From Trichodelitschia bisporula (taxonomy: Eukaryota), in contig ML996703.1 of NCBI GenBank assembly GCA_010356995.1, forward strand, positions 310,001 to 374,000: DNA of 64,000 nt. Direction: 5' to 3'. Below the pieces are notes generated by a model. The model made no database searches. It saw nothing but the letters and a program-made list of their open reading frames with translations, and was not told the DNA's origin. A program made the translations under genes and the position numbers. Positions 50,016 through 63,568 of the stretch are shown here, piece by piece. How positions within the stretch are numbered: position 1 is the stretch's first letter; each line of letters opens with the position of its first letter.

Positions 50016-50973
50016 ATGGCCGTCTCCATTCCCGCAATGAATGGAAATGCAAACTTCGACGCAGAAGCCCTCCTCACCGCCCTCGGCGCGCTGGACAAAC
50101 CCACCACCCTCTCAATCCTCAAACTCGCCTCCAGCCTCACCCCCGACCCCTCCTCCCCATCCTCAAAACGCACCAGCGACGCCAGCGAAGGGAGCACTTA
50201 CGCCGCAACCCCCGGTTCCCTCGCCGTCGACCTCGTGCACTACAAAGTCCGTCCCCCCAACCCCCTCCCCGTACCAACCCCTCCCTCCCCGCACTCTTCC
50301 CGTCCCCACCAAGCTAACCCCCCCCCCCCCCGGCCAGGACCTCTTCACAAAACTCCGCTTCTCCTACATCGAAACCGTGACCAAAGAAAAACTCCTCCGC
50401 TCGCTCACATCCAACCCCCCCATCCTGCCCTCCGCCTCCTCCAATTCCCTCCTCGAAGCCCAACTCGCCGAGGAAAAAACCGCCCTTAAGTCCCAAAAAG
50501 CCGCCGTCGCATCCACCCTCGCCGAGCTCGAAACCCGCGCCCGCACCCTCGCAACCCGCTATGCCGCGCTGCAGGAAAACCGCGAGACACTCTCAACCCT
50601 CATCCCCGCCGTCTCCGACCTCGAAGCCCACGTCGCGACCCTGCGCGCAGCCCACCCGCCCGAAGTGCGCGACGGACGGCCGGGTATGGATCTGGGGCTT
50701 CCTGCGACGAAGGCTCGGCTGGAAGAGCGACAGGCGGAGGAGCAAGGCCTGAGCGCGGAGGTGGAGCGATTGCAACGCCTGGTAGAAGCGAGGGGTGCGG
50801 AGGCCGCACGTCTTGAGAACGAAGCCACGGGCCTGGGCACGCGGCGCGCGGGCATTGTGGGCAGGGCAGACGCGGAGCGCGCGCGGCGGGAGGCGGGCGG
50901 CATCGCACCTGGCGAAGTCCGCGGAAGGTGGATGCGCGCCGCAGCAGGCGTGGTCGGCGGCTGCGTGGAGTAG
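50016..50973 (+). CDS. Kinetochore Sos7/Kre28-like coiled-coil protein; intron 50247-50337
   Basis: DLVHYKDLFTKLRFSYIETVTKEKLL motif followed by a coiled coil. Confidence 0.8.
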
Positions 50974-51181
50974 TACGTATCTCAGTCACGGTTGGAACGG
51001 GCGTTGGTGGTGGGACGGTTGGAAATACGCGGAACGTGTGGAGTGGTCTCGCGATTTCAGTCTCAGTCATGATTTGGAAGCGGCGTTTCCTGGTGGCAGC
51101 CGTCGGCGTTACACTATATACCCACAATCATTACACCTAGCAATGCGCCCCCATATCCATACCCATTAACCCACTCCATCC

Positions 51182-53585
51182 CTATCTATCCCGATCCACC
51201 TCCTCCCCTCCCCCCCACCACCGCCCCCACACCGCACTAACCCTTCCCACAACCCCCTCGCGCACCCACGCCGCACGCTCCAGATCAGGACTACGACTCC
51301 GCGCGCGCCTAGCCAGCAACCCATCCCCATCACCACGAGCCAGCAGTGCCGGTTCACCGACCGCAACACGCCCGCCGAGCAGACCCTCCTCCTCGTCCCC
51401 TCCGTCTTCGTCTTCTTCGTCGCTGAAATTAGTAACCTGCCTACTGGGCCCCTCCCCCCTCCCATTCCGGGCCAAACTCCGCACAACATCGCCCTTGCAA
51501 ATAGGACACGTGCGGCGGCGGGTAGTCAACCAAGGCGTACTACACACAATCATTAGCCCCAACAACCATATACGGACAAGAAGAGGCCCAAACTCACATG
51601 CACTCAACATGAAACTCATGCCCACACGGCAAACTCATAACCCGACTAACCCCATCCACATACTCCTCCAAACAAACCACACACTCCCTCTGCCGCCCCC
51701 CATACCGTCTCCTCCACTCCGCAAGCCCTGCCTCCCTCTTCTCCGCCTCGCTCATCGCGGCCTCCCCCCTCGCCGATCCCTCCGGCACCTCTGACGCCGT
51801 GCGACTCCGCGGGCGGGACCGACTCGGCGACCTCGACGGCCCGGGGCGCGCCGCGGGCTGAAGCAGTGGCGTGGTGGGACTCGTGCCCGTGGGCGAAACA
51901 CGCGCGGGCGTACTCGCCTCGCTACCAGCGATGGTGTGATACGTCCGGACGGGCAGACGATCGACCACGCTCTTGGGGGCGCGCCAGCGCCTCCGCCTGA
52001 TACGGCTGCGGAGGAGGAGGAGGGCGTAGACGACGGTGAGCGTGACGAGGGGGGAGACGACGAGGACGAGGAGGGTGTCGAAGAAGGGGGAGCTGGACAT
52101 GTTGGTTGGGGTTAGGGTGACCCATAGGCCGTCGTGGCGCGGGGAGCCGGGTGAGAGGGCTGTCTTGGAATTACCGGCTTGCCCGGCGGGGGCTTCGTGC
52201 CACCATGGGCTTTCGATGTTGGCGGACAGAGGCTCGGGGGCGTCGGCATCGGCGGAATACTCCCCGCTACCGGGCGTTGTGCTCCCGCCCTTGAGGTCGT
52301 GGACGTCACGCGGGGCGAGCGGAGCGGTATTCGCGTCCTTGAGCACGAGGTCGGGGTCGCGCCAGTCGTGCACGCCGATGACGAAGCTATCCCTCTCCTT
52401 ATCGGTCAGACCCTCGTTCTTCGCCTCCTCGATGTCCTCGAGGACCCAGTCATTGCTGCCAGAGCTGGGGGGCCGGACACTCACGCCTGCGGAGCGCTCG
52501 CGCCCGAAGCCGAGCCAGGCGAAGAGCGAGCGGAACCAGCCCTTCTTCGGCTTTGGAGTCGCGTCCTTGGCGGATGGGGCAGAAGTATCGCTAGCCGGCT
52601 TGGAGGGGACGTCCTTGGGGGGTTGCTTTGGCGTGATTTTTTCCTTCTTGCCTTTTGGTTTCGGTGTGATGCCAGCGGCGGGGAGCTTGAAGGCGCCGCC
52701 GGTGGGAATGAGCGAGGAGAGGAGATGCGCAGTGGTGTAGGACGTAAACAGCGCGGGAATCGTGACATTCGAGGTATCGCCGCGCGCGTACATGGTGACC
52801 AGCGGCCCGCCACGCACATCGTCGCCCACGATCAGCGCGATGCCACCACGACGCTGTGCCCATTTGACCTTCTCCAAAAAGCCGCAGCCTCCACGGCTCA
52901 GCAGCACCACCTTACCCGCAATCTCAGCACTCTCCTGCAGACTCTGGATATCAGCGTGATTATCCGACGACGCCTTGCCGTGCGGCTTCAACTCCGAGTC
53001 CGGCAGCGGGTGGTGCAGATAGTCATCCGTGCCGTCGTCCGCGTGCAATTTGCCCTTTCGCAGCGCCGCCTTCGTCTTGCCCGTATCCACAGTGTCGGGA
53101 TCGCTAACCAGTGAGCGGCGCGCCATTTCCTTCTCAGCCGCGATCTGGGAGTCTACACCGGGGGTGGCCGCCTTCGCCTTTCCTGCGTTGGCGGCACCGG
53201 GCTTGCTCAGCGTCGCGTCCCAGCCGGGCACATCGCTGCAGCCGAGTTCGCCCTCCGCCGTCGCTGCAAGTCCATGGCCCAGCACATTATCCTCGCCAAA
53301 GCCGCTGCCGATCCAGAGCTGACCACTCAGACCCTTTGACGGAAGGAGCGGGCCAAAAGCCGCCGGACGAGAGAGGAAGAAAGTGGAGTTATCATCGGTC
53401 AAGCTGATTACCGCCGACGGGGGGAACAGCGGCGTGTGAAACGAGAAGAAGGCGCGGAAGCGGGACTTTGCAGCGTCGGGAGTTTGCGACGATTCGAGCA
53501 CGGGCTGGCTGCGCGGGAGCAGCGAGAGCAGGCTCACGAAGAGGAAGCTGAAGAGCAGGGCGAGGAGGAGGCGGACGGGTCGCAT
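51182..53585 (-). CDS. PA-domain/TM/RING-H2 E3 ubiquitin ligase; 2 exons
   Basis: Signal anchor, LSRGGCGFLEKVKWAQ PA domain, TM helix, CVVCLEEY..LPCGHEFHVECITPWL..CPIC. Confidence 0.93.
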
Positions 53586-55068
53586 GGTGAAGTAGAAGCG
53601 CCCCCGTTGCGGGGCACTGTACGAGAGCGCGGTGGTGTCGATCGCGGTGGTGGTTACGGATGTGGTTGCATGGGGGAAGTGGATGAGGGCGAGGTGACGT
53701 GGGTATCGTCGGCTGACCCGGCGGACGCCGCTGCGCACGAGGGGTTGTGTGATGCTGCAACTTTTGCGGGGATTAGGGTACGTAGACGCAGGGTCGTAGA
53801 TCGCGGAGTTGACGAGAGAAAGAGAGGTAGAAAGGTAGAGAGGTAGAGAGGATGTTGCCCCGCGGAGGTGAGGCGGTTGGGTCGTCGTCTCGAGCGAACG
53901 GCGGGAGAGTTGGCAAGCCACCAGATAGGTGATGGAGGGTGGAGACAATTGGTGGGGGGCGAGGGAGAGTATGGAGAAAGAGAGACAGCGACAGCAAGAG
54001 GGCGGAATCGGAATAGCCTCACGTGCTGGGTGCAGCTGTTCTATCCGTCTGGTGATGCTTGCCTCAGATGAAGAGGTCGAGGAGAGCGATTGCAGCAATG
54101 CTAGAAACATCAGCAGGCAATATGCGCGGTTCTGCTTGACTCTTTCTATTTATCTGATGGTCCACCAACCCCTCTCTCTCCCTCATAATCTCCAAGCCTA
54201 GGCCAGATGCAGCTGAAATGCTTCACGATAACCCAAACAGCATCAGCCATCAGTCTCGGGCTTCTACCCCCTCTCCTTCACACTTGACTCTTTAACCCAT
54301 CCCTCTCTCCCCACACGCGCCCACGAGTTGGGTTATCCCAGTTGGTGGCACAGCAGCGACTGCTGAGAAATGTGGCTGTCGCTGCAAACAGGACGCCCCC
54401 CTCTGGAGTGAAACTGCACTCGAAACTTGCGAACAGCAACTCCGCCTGCGGAACGTCTCACCCGTAACTGTGGTAGTCGTTTCCGCAAGCTGTACCTCCT
54501 CCTCCGCACTTACTATGGCACCCCATATGCTGGATAACCTGTCAACCCAGTGTGCTGGTGATGGCGAGTCCTCTGGTGGGGAACTTGAGAGTCGACTGAC
54601 ATGACAGTCATGATGCCATTACCCTTTAGTAGTCTCCCTATAGCCTACCACTATTCGAGTTATCCGTGTCTTCCAGAAGTGCTATTGTCCCTGTGCCACT
54701 CGCATTCCGTAAGCGGCAAACATCAAATCCACCATGCTCAAAAGACCAAGCTGCCGCTTTGGGAATAACACCGTCGCACGGCAACCACCATGAGTCTCTA
54801 CGCGCTTTCTAACTTACCGTCCCGCAAGCGCGATGCCCTCGACTTCAAATTAGCCCAGCATGGCCCGGAGGCCGAGTATGTCTCTCCCACATCTGCTCCT
54901 CAACATCTCTCCTGTGTCCCTTTTGTCCTACAGAGCATAGCGTAACACTCGTTCGCATCTCAAGCATATATTTACTACACTCCACCTCCCCCCACAATTC
55001 CATCCTTCCGTAAGGCCTGGTTCCTGACCCGCTTTATCTGCAGCCTTGCACGCGACGTCGTCTTCGAC

Positions 55069-56091
55069 ATGAACCTCGCCCCGCCCCAGGCTCCGCCTAC
55101 CCCCCTCCCCAGCAAGCGGGAAGACGAAGACGGGACTCCGCGTCGTCTGTCATGGCTGCCAAACCGCATGCGAGGACACCTCGTCGCCATGCTGGGCGAG
55201 TTCTTAGGTACCTTTCTATTCCTCTTCTTCGCGTTTGCCGGCACCCAGGTCGCCAATGTGGACAAGACGGCGTCCATCGTCGCGAAGGTGCTGTACATCT
55301 CGCTGGCCTTTGGCTTCAGCCTGGCCGTGAATGCATGGGTATTTTATCGTATCAGCGGCGGCCTGTTTAATCCTGCCGTAAGAGAGAGTCCGAGGGCGAG
55401 ACGAAAGCTGACAGGACAGGTCACCTTCGCGCTCTGCCTCACAGGCGTCCTTAGCTGGACACGCGGCGCACTGCTCTTGCTCGTCCAGGTCCTCGGCGCC
55501 ATCGCAGCAGCAGCCGTCGTCTCGGCCGTGCTGCCAGGCCAAATGGTTGTCCGAACGACGCTCAGCCTGGCGCCGCGCACGAGCATCGCGCGTGGATTAT
55601 TCCTCGAGATGTTCCTGACGGCGCAGCTAATCTTCACCATGTAAGTCGTCCCACTCGCAGAATCCCAGGCCTAACGGCGCAGCTTCATGCTCGCGGCCGA
55701 GAAGCACCGAGCCACATTCCTTGCGCCCATTGGCATCGGACTCAGCCTGTTCATCGCAGAGTTGGCTGGCGTGCTGTACACGGGCGGCTCGTTGAACCCG
55801 GCACGGTCGTTCGGACCGGATGTTGTTTTGGGCCAGTTCAATGGGTACCACTGGATCTACTGGCTGGGGCCGGCGCTGGGCGCGTTGCTGGCGGTCCTGG
55901 TGTACAAGCTGATGAAGAAGCTCGAGTATGAGACTGCGAACCCGCCGCAGGACGCGGACAGCCCAAAAAAAGATATCGAGTCCATTGCTGGCGTCTCGCC
56001 TGAGGCCTATCACAACGACTTGAGGCCGTCGGGAACGCATTCGCGGCACTCCGATACGTATCAAACACCTGCCGAAGCGAGCCGGAGATAG
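55069..56091 (+). CDS. Aquaporin (MIP family, orthodox type); 3 exons
   Basis: GEFLGTFLF, SGGLFNPAVT, GGSLNPARSFGP, HWIYWLGP. Confidence 0.96.
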
Positions 56092-56641
56092 TTGGTGCAG
56101 TGTTCAGATCGGAGCGTTGGCGTCGGGGCCTGGGATTCCCTCTTCAGCGCACAAATTGTCATTGTTAGTTTCCTCGAGTTGGATTCATTCCTGTACGGTT
56201 GTTGTCCGGGTCAATAACGATTTCATTGCTTGATTATGCATGCGTGAATGTTGAATGCCGGATGTGGTTTGGATACTGCAGTGGGCATATTGTTAGCGAT
56301 GGTGACGGACCACATCCACGTTATGAAAAACGGAAGAGCAGCATGGATAGTGTCAAATCGAATTGCCATCATACTGCAGTTGAAGCTCGTCTAAGATGTT
56401 TCGTGACTTTGTCAGGAACCCCTGCATGTGACCCGCACCTTACCCGCCCATTCCTTGGCACGGCACCGAGTTTATCCGACCCGCAGCACACAACGCGAGT
56501 TAGCGAAGCAAATCCAACAGCAACGTCCTTGGACCTCCGATCACCGCCAACTCCACATTCAGCTAACCCAGCAGTGTAAGTAGGTCTACGCACGTCGCCA
56601 TCTCACATTTGCTAACTGACAACTCTAGTCCCTGATTCAAG

Positions 56642-57080
56642 ATGAGTACGTCGCATTCGAACCCTCCAAGGCCCAGGAATTAACGTCCGCGCAGCGAAGG
56701 GAACATCCAGCTTCGGCAAGCGCCACAACAAGACGCACACCCTGTGTCGTCGCTGCGGTATGTCTATCTTTATCGAGGAGTCACACAGCCATTGACGCAT
56801 CCAGGTCGCCGCTCCCTCCACATCCAGAAGCACACCTGCTCCTCGTGCGGCTACCCCTCGGCCTCCATCCGCAAGTGTACGTCACCTTTACCAACAACCC
56901 CCAAGCCCAACCCAGCTAACCACCCCAGACAACTGGTCGGAGAAGGCGAAGCGGAGAAAGACCACCGGCAGCGGCCGCGTCCGCTACTTGAAGACCGTCC
57001 CCCGGCGCGCGAAGAACGGCTTCCGGACCGGTGCTCCCAAGGGCGCGCGCGGCCCCTCGGCTGCCACTGCTTCGTCCTAG
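56642..57080 (+). CDS. RPL37: 60S ribosomal protein L37 (eL37); first coding segment of 4 nt, three coding introns and a 5'UTR intron 56576-56628
   Basis: [40 protein letters not shown] after splicing. Confidence 0.97.
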
Positions 57081-57516
57081 ATGTCTTGACGCGAACGGAA
57101 AGGTGCTCGGGCGTGTGAATCATGGGTTCTGAATTGGCAATATGCGGCGTGATCCGGCGGGTTCGTGCGGTGTACTATGGGTTGTGCTAGACTCTCGAGG
57201 GCTGCCACTGCGCTACCCCCGTGGCCGATGCTAGGACATGTCAATCCATGGCTTTCACCCCGCTGTCCTATGTGCCTTTTATGTACGGATTGTATGTGCG
57301 GCATTACAGGCTTGATTGTGGTGTAGAGTGTGTGTCCCATTACGACTTCTATGATCGCTCCATGCGTCCAATGCCCAGCCAAAAGCCGCGGCCTCTACAA
57401 ACTGAAAGGAAGAATGCGCAATTAGCGCTAGTTATACACGGCTGCAGTCCAGCTCAACCAAGAAATGCACGCAAGAAAGCCAACCCCCACCCAATATGAT
57501 ACAAATCCCCCACCCC

Positions 57517-58566
57517 CTATCCAGCGATCAACACCCAAAGCAAGAAGAAAATCATCAACACGCCAAACATCTTCGCCACCAGCCACCGATTCCCCTGCAC
57601 CCGACTCCAGTACTTGAGCAGCTCGCGCTGCGCCCCCGCTACGTTGTCAAGTACGTCGTCGGTGTCGGCATCGATGCGCTGGATCTGCTCGCCTTGCTCT
57701 GAGACCATCTGCGCGAGTTGTGAGAATAGGCCGCCGAGCTCGTTGATCGTGCGCTCAATCGTTTCGACGGCTTCGCCGCGCGCTTGGATGTATGCGTTGC
57801 TGCTGCTCCCTTCCTCCATGAGCAGGAGTTGCTGGCTATGCGGTGCCGTGCGCGCGAGGGCGGATGATTGCCCCGTTGGCATGTCGAGAGACAACACGTC
57901 GGACGCGGCCGCGTTGGCGTAGGGCGATTTCGGGCGCGCGCTGCCGGCGGCGGGGGGTTGGTAGAGGGGCGAATCGGTGCGGCTGGGAATGAGGCTAGAC
58001 GGCGCACTCGCGTTCCCCACACTCGTGATGAAATTCTCCGTCCTCTCGCGGCTAGCCTGTATATTGCGCGTGCGCAGCTCGAGTGTATCTTTGAACGCCG
58101 CGCCTACGGACCCGAGCTTGCCCTTCAGCAGAAACAGAACGTTACGGTTATGTTCGCGCTCATGGTCGGCCGTCGCAGCGGGCTGCTTCGCGCCTTGGCT
58201 TAGGGATTGTAACTGGCGGATGTCCTGGTCTAGCCTAGCGAGGTCCTGCTTTATGACGAAGGTGAGCTCGTTGATTTCGACGGGCCTGTCGTCGAAGAGT
58301 GTTTTGCGTCGGGCGAGCGCGGCGAGACGTTCTAGTTTGGACATTGTGCTGCTTAGGCCGCGGCCAATGGTTGCGGCGCGACGGGCGAATTCGCTGCGGG
58401 TTGCAGGGGTGCTGGCGCTGCGTTCGGAGGATGAGAGGAGGGATTGTTGCGCGGGAGGGAGTTTCTTGGAGTGTGGTTGGCGTTGCGTGGCGCGGTGGAG
58501 GATGGTGCGGAATTCGGGGGTGCGGTCTTGGATGTTAGGCCGTACGGCGGTGGTAGGATACGACAT
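57517..58566 (-). CDS. SED5: Cis-Golgi t-SNARE syntaxin Sed5
   Basis: IQDRTPEF N-peptide, LFDDRPVEINELT, SNARE motif IERTINELGGLFSQLAQMVSEQGE, C-terminal TM. Confidence 0.96.
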   Translation of the reverse strand: MSYPTTAVRPNIQDRTPEFRTILHRATQRQPHSKKLPPAQQSLLSSSERSASTPATRSEFARRAATIGRGLSSTMSKLERLAALARRKTLFDDRPVEINELTFVIKQDLARLDQDIRQLQSLSQGAKQPAATADHEREHNRNVLFLLKGKLGSVGAAFKDTLELRTRNIQASRERTENFITSVGNASAPSSLIPSRTDSPLYQPPAAGSARPKSPYANAAASDVLSLDMPTGQSSALARTAPHSQQLLLMEEGSSSNAYIQARGEAVETIERTINELGGLFSQLAQMVSEQGEQIQRIDADTDDVLDNVAGAQRELLKYWSRVQGNRWLVAKMFGVLMIFFLLWVLIAG

Positions 58567-59463
58567 GGTGCCGGTTGTGGGGGGGTGGTTGCTGTGTGTG
58601 TGGAGGGTTGGTATCGTGAGGGTGTGGTGTTGAGGAGAAGGGGGCCGAGGCGCGCGGTTTGAGTATCTTTGTGCAGGGCGGCTTGGGGCAGAGATGAGAA
58701 GAAAGTGAAGCGCGGGTTCTGGTAGCGTTGTGTCGAAGGGTAGAGGGTGAATAGAGATACCAGGATTCTCCGCTTCGACTTGGTCGTCGTGATGGTATCG
58801 GTTGACGTGGAGATGAGTGAAGGCGTTGGAGTGTGCTAATGTCACTTCTCGATGCCGCTTCCGGTTAGTGGCTTGGTGGACACGGTTCCGTCTGTACATG
58901 TGGCGAGAAACTTGAACGGCCAATCAATATGTTCATCTCCAGCACAGCCACATTCGCCGCCATCCTGGACGCCTTGTTCTTGGCTCGTCCTTGGCCCAAG
59001 CGGTCGCGGACGGTGGAGACGGAGCGCCGAAGGGGAGTAGAACTGTGGAACTGAACCCTTTCCACCTCGAAGCAACACCAAAAGCTCCCTCTCATCTCCT
59101 CCTCATCCTCCTCTTCTTCTTGTATACTGGACTCTGGTCGCCAGCTCTCGTTGCTACCAGCCTTGTCTCTCACTCCGCCACCGCGTGCCAGTCGTTTCTT
59201 GCTTCTGTCGTGCTTGGCCTGGCCCTCTCCTCGTACTCCGCCCACCCACCCGTTGCGCAGCCTCATCGTTCAAAACTCCACTGTCGCACGCCGTTCACAG
59301 CTCATTCAACGTGCACCGAGAGCTTCACTAGGCGCAGGATCTCATCTTTTTCCATCTCATTCATCAGTTCCTCCAACTGGCCGCGCCTCGTCCAATTGTC
59401 ACCAACCCGCAGCCTTACCGACCCATGAGTGCTGCCTCGTAGACGACCACAAGCTCGCCCGCC

Positions 59464-62400
59464 ATGGCGCATCCCTACCAGTTCTCCGACCGGGAGAACA
59501 GAGTGACATCGCCACTGTAGGTGCCCAAACATGCTGGAGAATACAGGTTCTAACTCTCACAGCGACCGTCAAGCACAAAACACCTTACGCCCGGATGAAG
59601 CCCCTTCCTTCAAGACCAACGTCCACCGCGCCAAAACGAAGAAATGGGTCGAGGCCAAATCATACTCGTACGAGGGCGACGACTGGGGCGAGTACGATGA
59701 GGACGACGAGTACGGCGTTGACGAGGCTCCGCCGCCGATGCCCACGGGCTTGCGGCAGCCGGGGCAGACTGCCAGGAGCGTGACGAACCCGCCTGTCCCA
59801 GCCGTGCAGCGTCGAAATTCTTTTGACAGAGGCGATGAGAAGCGTGCATTTTCATCGTCTTCTGCTGGGCCTCCGCCTCGGGCCAATACCGAACAATTCG
59901 CATCTAATGCCTCTTCGGCAGGGCCCGTACACCCCGCGCAGCATCCGCTGCCTGTCTCGCGAACGGCTACCCCTTTGCATGTTGAGACGTCCATAGCGGG
60001 TGGGCCCATGGATAGCAGTCCGAGCAACTATTCCACTGCTGGAGGAAGACAAACCAGCGCGGCCAGTGACTTTCGAGGTCAATCGCCGCTGAACACGCGG
60101 AACTCGCCTGCACCATCGGGTCCCGCCTCGGCTGGAGCGCGCTTTCCGCCGCGCAAGGGAAGCCTCTCGCATGAGGATACTCCCCTCCGCCCGTCTCCTC
60201 GTGGCACTCCAGCTCCCGAGCCTGCTCCACCAGCGTCTGAGCCCGCGTCTGCTTCAGTGACTAAGCCACTGCCTTTCATTCGTCCAGCCGACATCTACAA
60301 GCGCATGCAGGAGGCCATGGACAAAGAGAAAGAGAATCAGAAGCCCAGTGCTGAGGCTACCCCTGCATCTCCTGCTGCAGCTCCTCCCGCTGCCCCTCCT
60401 GCTGTGCAAGAGCCTGAGACTGTGTCTCAAGCACCACATCCCGTACCTAGCTATGAGCACTCCAGTGGTTATAACCTTGGAGCTCCCTTAGCGACTGTCC
60501 CCGAGCGGAACAGCGAATACATTCCTGACGACGCTCCAGCTGTGATCGGTGACGTAGGGAAGAACAGCGAGAAGGCACCGGCGTCGACCGCTACCATTGG
60601 CGACATTTCACTCCCACAGATTGGCGGAGCGTCGAGCTTCGGTGACGAGTTCTGGAGTTCTGCCCTGGGACCTTCGCAGGGCGCACCTCCATCCACCAGC
60701 CCTCCGCCGACGAACGGTACTCCCGATCAGCCGCTGTCACATCAGCCCTCGCTCGGGTTTACGTCGCTTGTGCATCAGGCTTTTGACGCGCCGGTCTCGA
60801 AACAAGATAGCCTCCGCTCCCAACCTACGAATGATTCTGTGTCGCGCAGCAACACGACGGGCACCTCTGACATTAGCCCCATCATCAGTCGCGCCTCAAG
60901 CAGTGCCGCTCAAAATACTGGGCGGGTAGAGGACCGTGCGCAGGGTTCGACGCCGGCCATCGCGGAGGAAGACGAACCGAAGCCTCGTCCGATGTCTCTC
61001 GAGACGGTCCCTGGGCCTCCCGTTCCGTCAAAACAGACTGAGCCCACGGTTGCCCCTGGCTACAGGCGCGACTTCAACAATCCCAACCCGCATAACTCGC
61101 CTGCTCGCAGTTTATCTTACGAACTCAGCAAGCAACTCCCCGTCCCAGAAGTCGCGCAGATTGCGATCAGCGATCCGCTCAACAACGGCCATAGCGAGGT
61201 AGCTCAAAGCATCGAAGCCGCGCCGTCCGTTCCTGACAAGATGGACGCTCCGATCGCTGCGCTGAAACCAACACCTGGTGCACGGCGCTCTGAATCCCCC
61301 GAGAAGGGCCGGGTGCGCGACCTCGCAGGCATGTTCGACGCAGGCTCCCGGCGCAACTCCGCAGCCAGCGTAGGAAGTGACAGGAAGAGCATCATTGAGC
61401 CTCCGGCTCTTGCACCGCCTCCACTAAAGACCGACCGACCTGCCGCCGAGCGCGAAGTCAGCTTCCGGCCGCATCTTCCTGGCCAGTGGGAGTCGTATAC
61501 TACGATTGGCACGACCGGTAGTGAACCCGTTGAGGCGGTTCTACCGCCGCTTAAGCCTTTGCCGTCGACGGTGTCTGAGGTCAGCCTTGAGCCTACTACT
61601 GCCAAGCGCGCGCTTGAGCCCGTGTCCGAACCGAAGGCCGAATCTAAGATCGATCCGCTTGTTGCACTTGCCGCTGCGGGTAGCGCTATGGGCGATGCGA
61701 TCAAGCGGTCTGTAGGCATGGATGTCGACAGTCCGACATCTAAGCATCAGCATGGCGACGTCTTGCACGGTCCGCTGCGGCCAGATATTTCACGCGAGCC
61801 AAGCGACTTCCCGCCCACGCCTCTGCCGAAAGACGAAACGGATACGAGCAAGAGCGAGGTGGCTGAGAGACCGGATACGCTTTCGCGCCAGGATAGCACT
61901 GACACGACAACTGAAGACCTGGAGAGCGACCGACTGCGCAGAGAAATCGTGCGCAGCTTGAGTCCCATCCCCGATTCAGCCTCGTCACCTACCCGCGAGC
62001 CCGGCCCTGTTTCTGCCTTCTTCCCGCCCGACAACAATGATATTGCAGACTCGCCTACCACACCCCCCGCTCTCAATGTTTCTAAGGCTGCTCAAGCTGG
62101 TGCTGCAGCCCTGGTGACCGGTGCAGTGCTTGGCGCGGGCGCAGTGACAGCCCATGAATCCAAAACAGCACCAGACCAGGATACTTCTGCGAAACCCACC
62201 GTCGCGGGCGATAAAGAGTTGCCGTTGCTGACGAAACGCTTCAGCTGGGAGCGCAGTCAATCGACCTTGCTGCAACAGCCTTCTAACGTCGTTTCGCCGC
62301 TCGCGGGTCCGGACCATGGGCCTACGAATCCCGCGAGCCTGTCGATTGTTTCGCCAATAGCGACGCCTGTGTCCGCGATTGTCTCGTCGAGTGGAGGGAA

Positions 62401-63124
62401 TACGGCGGCGCCGGGCATCACGGCTGGCGAGCGCGACATTGCGCTTGACGATCCGAAGTTGGGGACCGAGGGGTTGCACGTTATTAACGCGCAGCCGGGC
62501 GACATCCCGAGTCCGGACGAGTACCGGGCGGAGGAGAAGATCGTCGTCGATTCTACGCCCGCGCCCTTCGCGCCCATCACACTCCCCTCAATTACATCAC
62601 CAACCTCACAGGTCACTTCTCTAGGCATTGCCTCGCCGCTCACTCTCAAGGACTTCCCCCTCCCACCCACAACCGAAGTAAAGCCGAAACAATTCCGCGA
62701 AATCATGTTGCTGAAGACGCCCGAGGAGCGCATCTCCGCCTTCCAAACCACGCAGAAACAATGGGCGGGCATGAATTCCGGGCTCGATAACTGGCTCTCG
62801 CACACCGTGTCCGCACGGCCCGAGTTACGCGACCAGCTTCAAAGCGCGATGGACGTGCCGCAGCCCGACACGCCGGTGCGGCACAAAGCGACGGCCTCGA
62901 TCTCGCGCGTCTTCACCAAGGCGCACAGTCCCAGCGCGTCGTCTGGGGCCGCGGGGCCGGAGCCCATGGCTGAGGCGGGCGAGAGACCGCTCAAGGGGAA
63001 GGATTTGCTTCACACGACGAAGTTGCTGGGGGGGAAGGGGGTTATTGGGGCTAAAGGCCTGTTTGCGAAGGGCAAGAAGCGGTTTGGGGGCGGGAGTGGG
63101 GGGGTCGAAAAGGTAGATGAGTGA
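59464..63124 (+). CDS. Large disordered Pro/Ser-rich fungal protein, Fyv8-like; intron 59517-59562; C-terminus possibly alternatively spliced
   Basis: About 1200-aa ORF; KTKKWVEAKSYSYEGDDWG and ESDRLRREIVRSLSP conserved-looking islands. Confidence 0.7.
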
Positions 63125-63568
63125 TCCTTTCCTTGAATTCGTGCTTCCCCTCGTGTCTTTTTTCTTGCGCTGCGTCATGTTGTCTGCTTTACTTACGGCC
63201 GGTTTTTCTTGTGTGCTTGTAGGACGGGTGACCAAGCTCCTGGGAACGGGTTGGTGGCTGCAATGTAATGGATTCCATCAGCACTAGGCGGGCGTTTTGG
63301 GTCTTTTATGTGCTGGGGTCGACGACAACGAGACCACGAAAGGAGAGCTATGAACGAGTCGACGGATTCCCGCCTTTCATTTTGTCCTCAATCTTTCCTC
63401 GCATGTTTTTTTTCTCACCTTGGCGATTTGTACAATACTGAATTCCATTTCCCAATGCTCGGACCCGAACTGTGGTCCGTGATCGCCAATGTCCTCCTCG
63501 CCCTTCTTTCCTGCACATACTACCTATAACCTGAGGGACGCTTGCTCACTCCTTTTCCCGTTCCTTAG

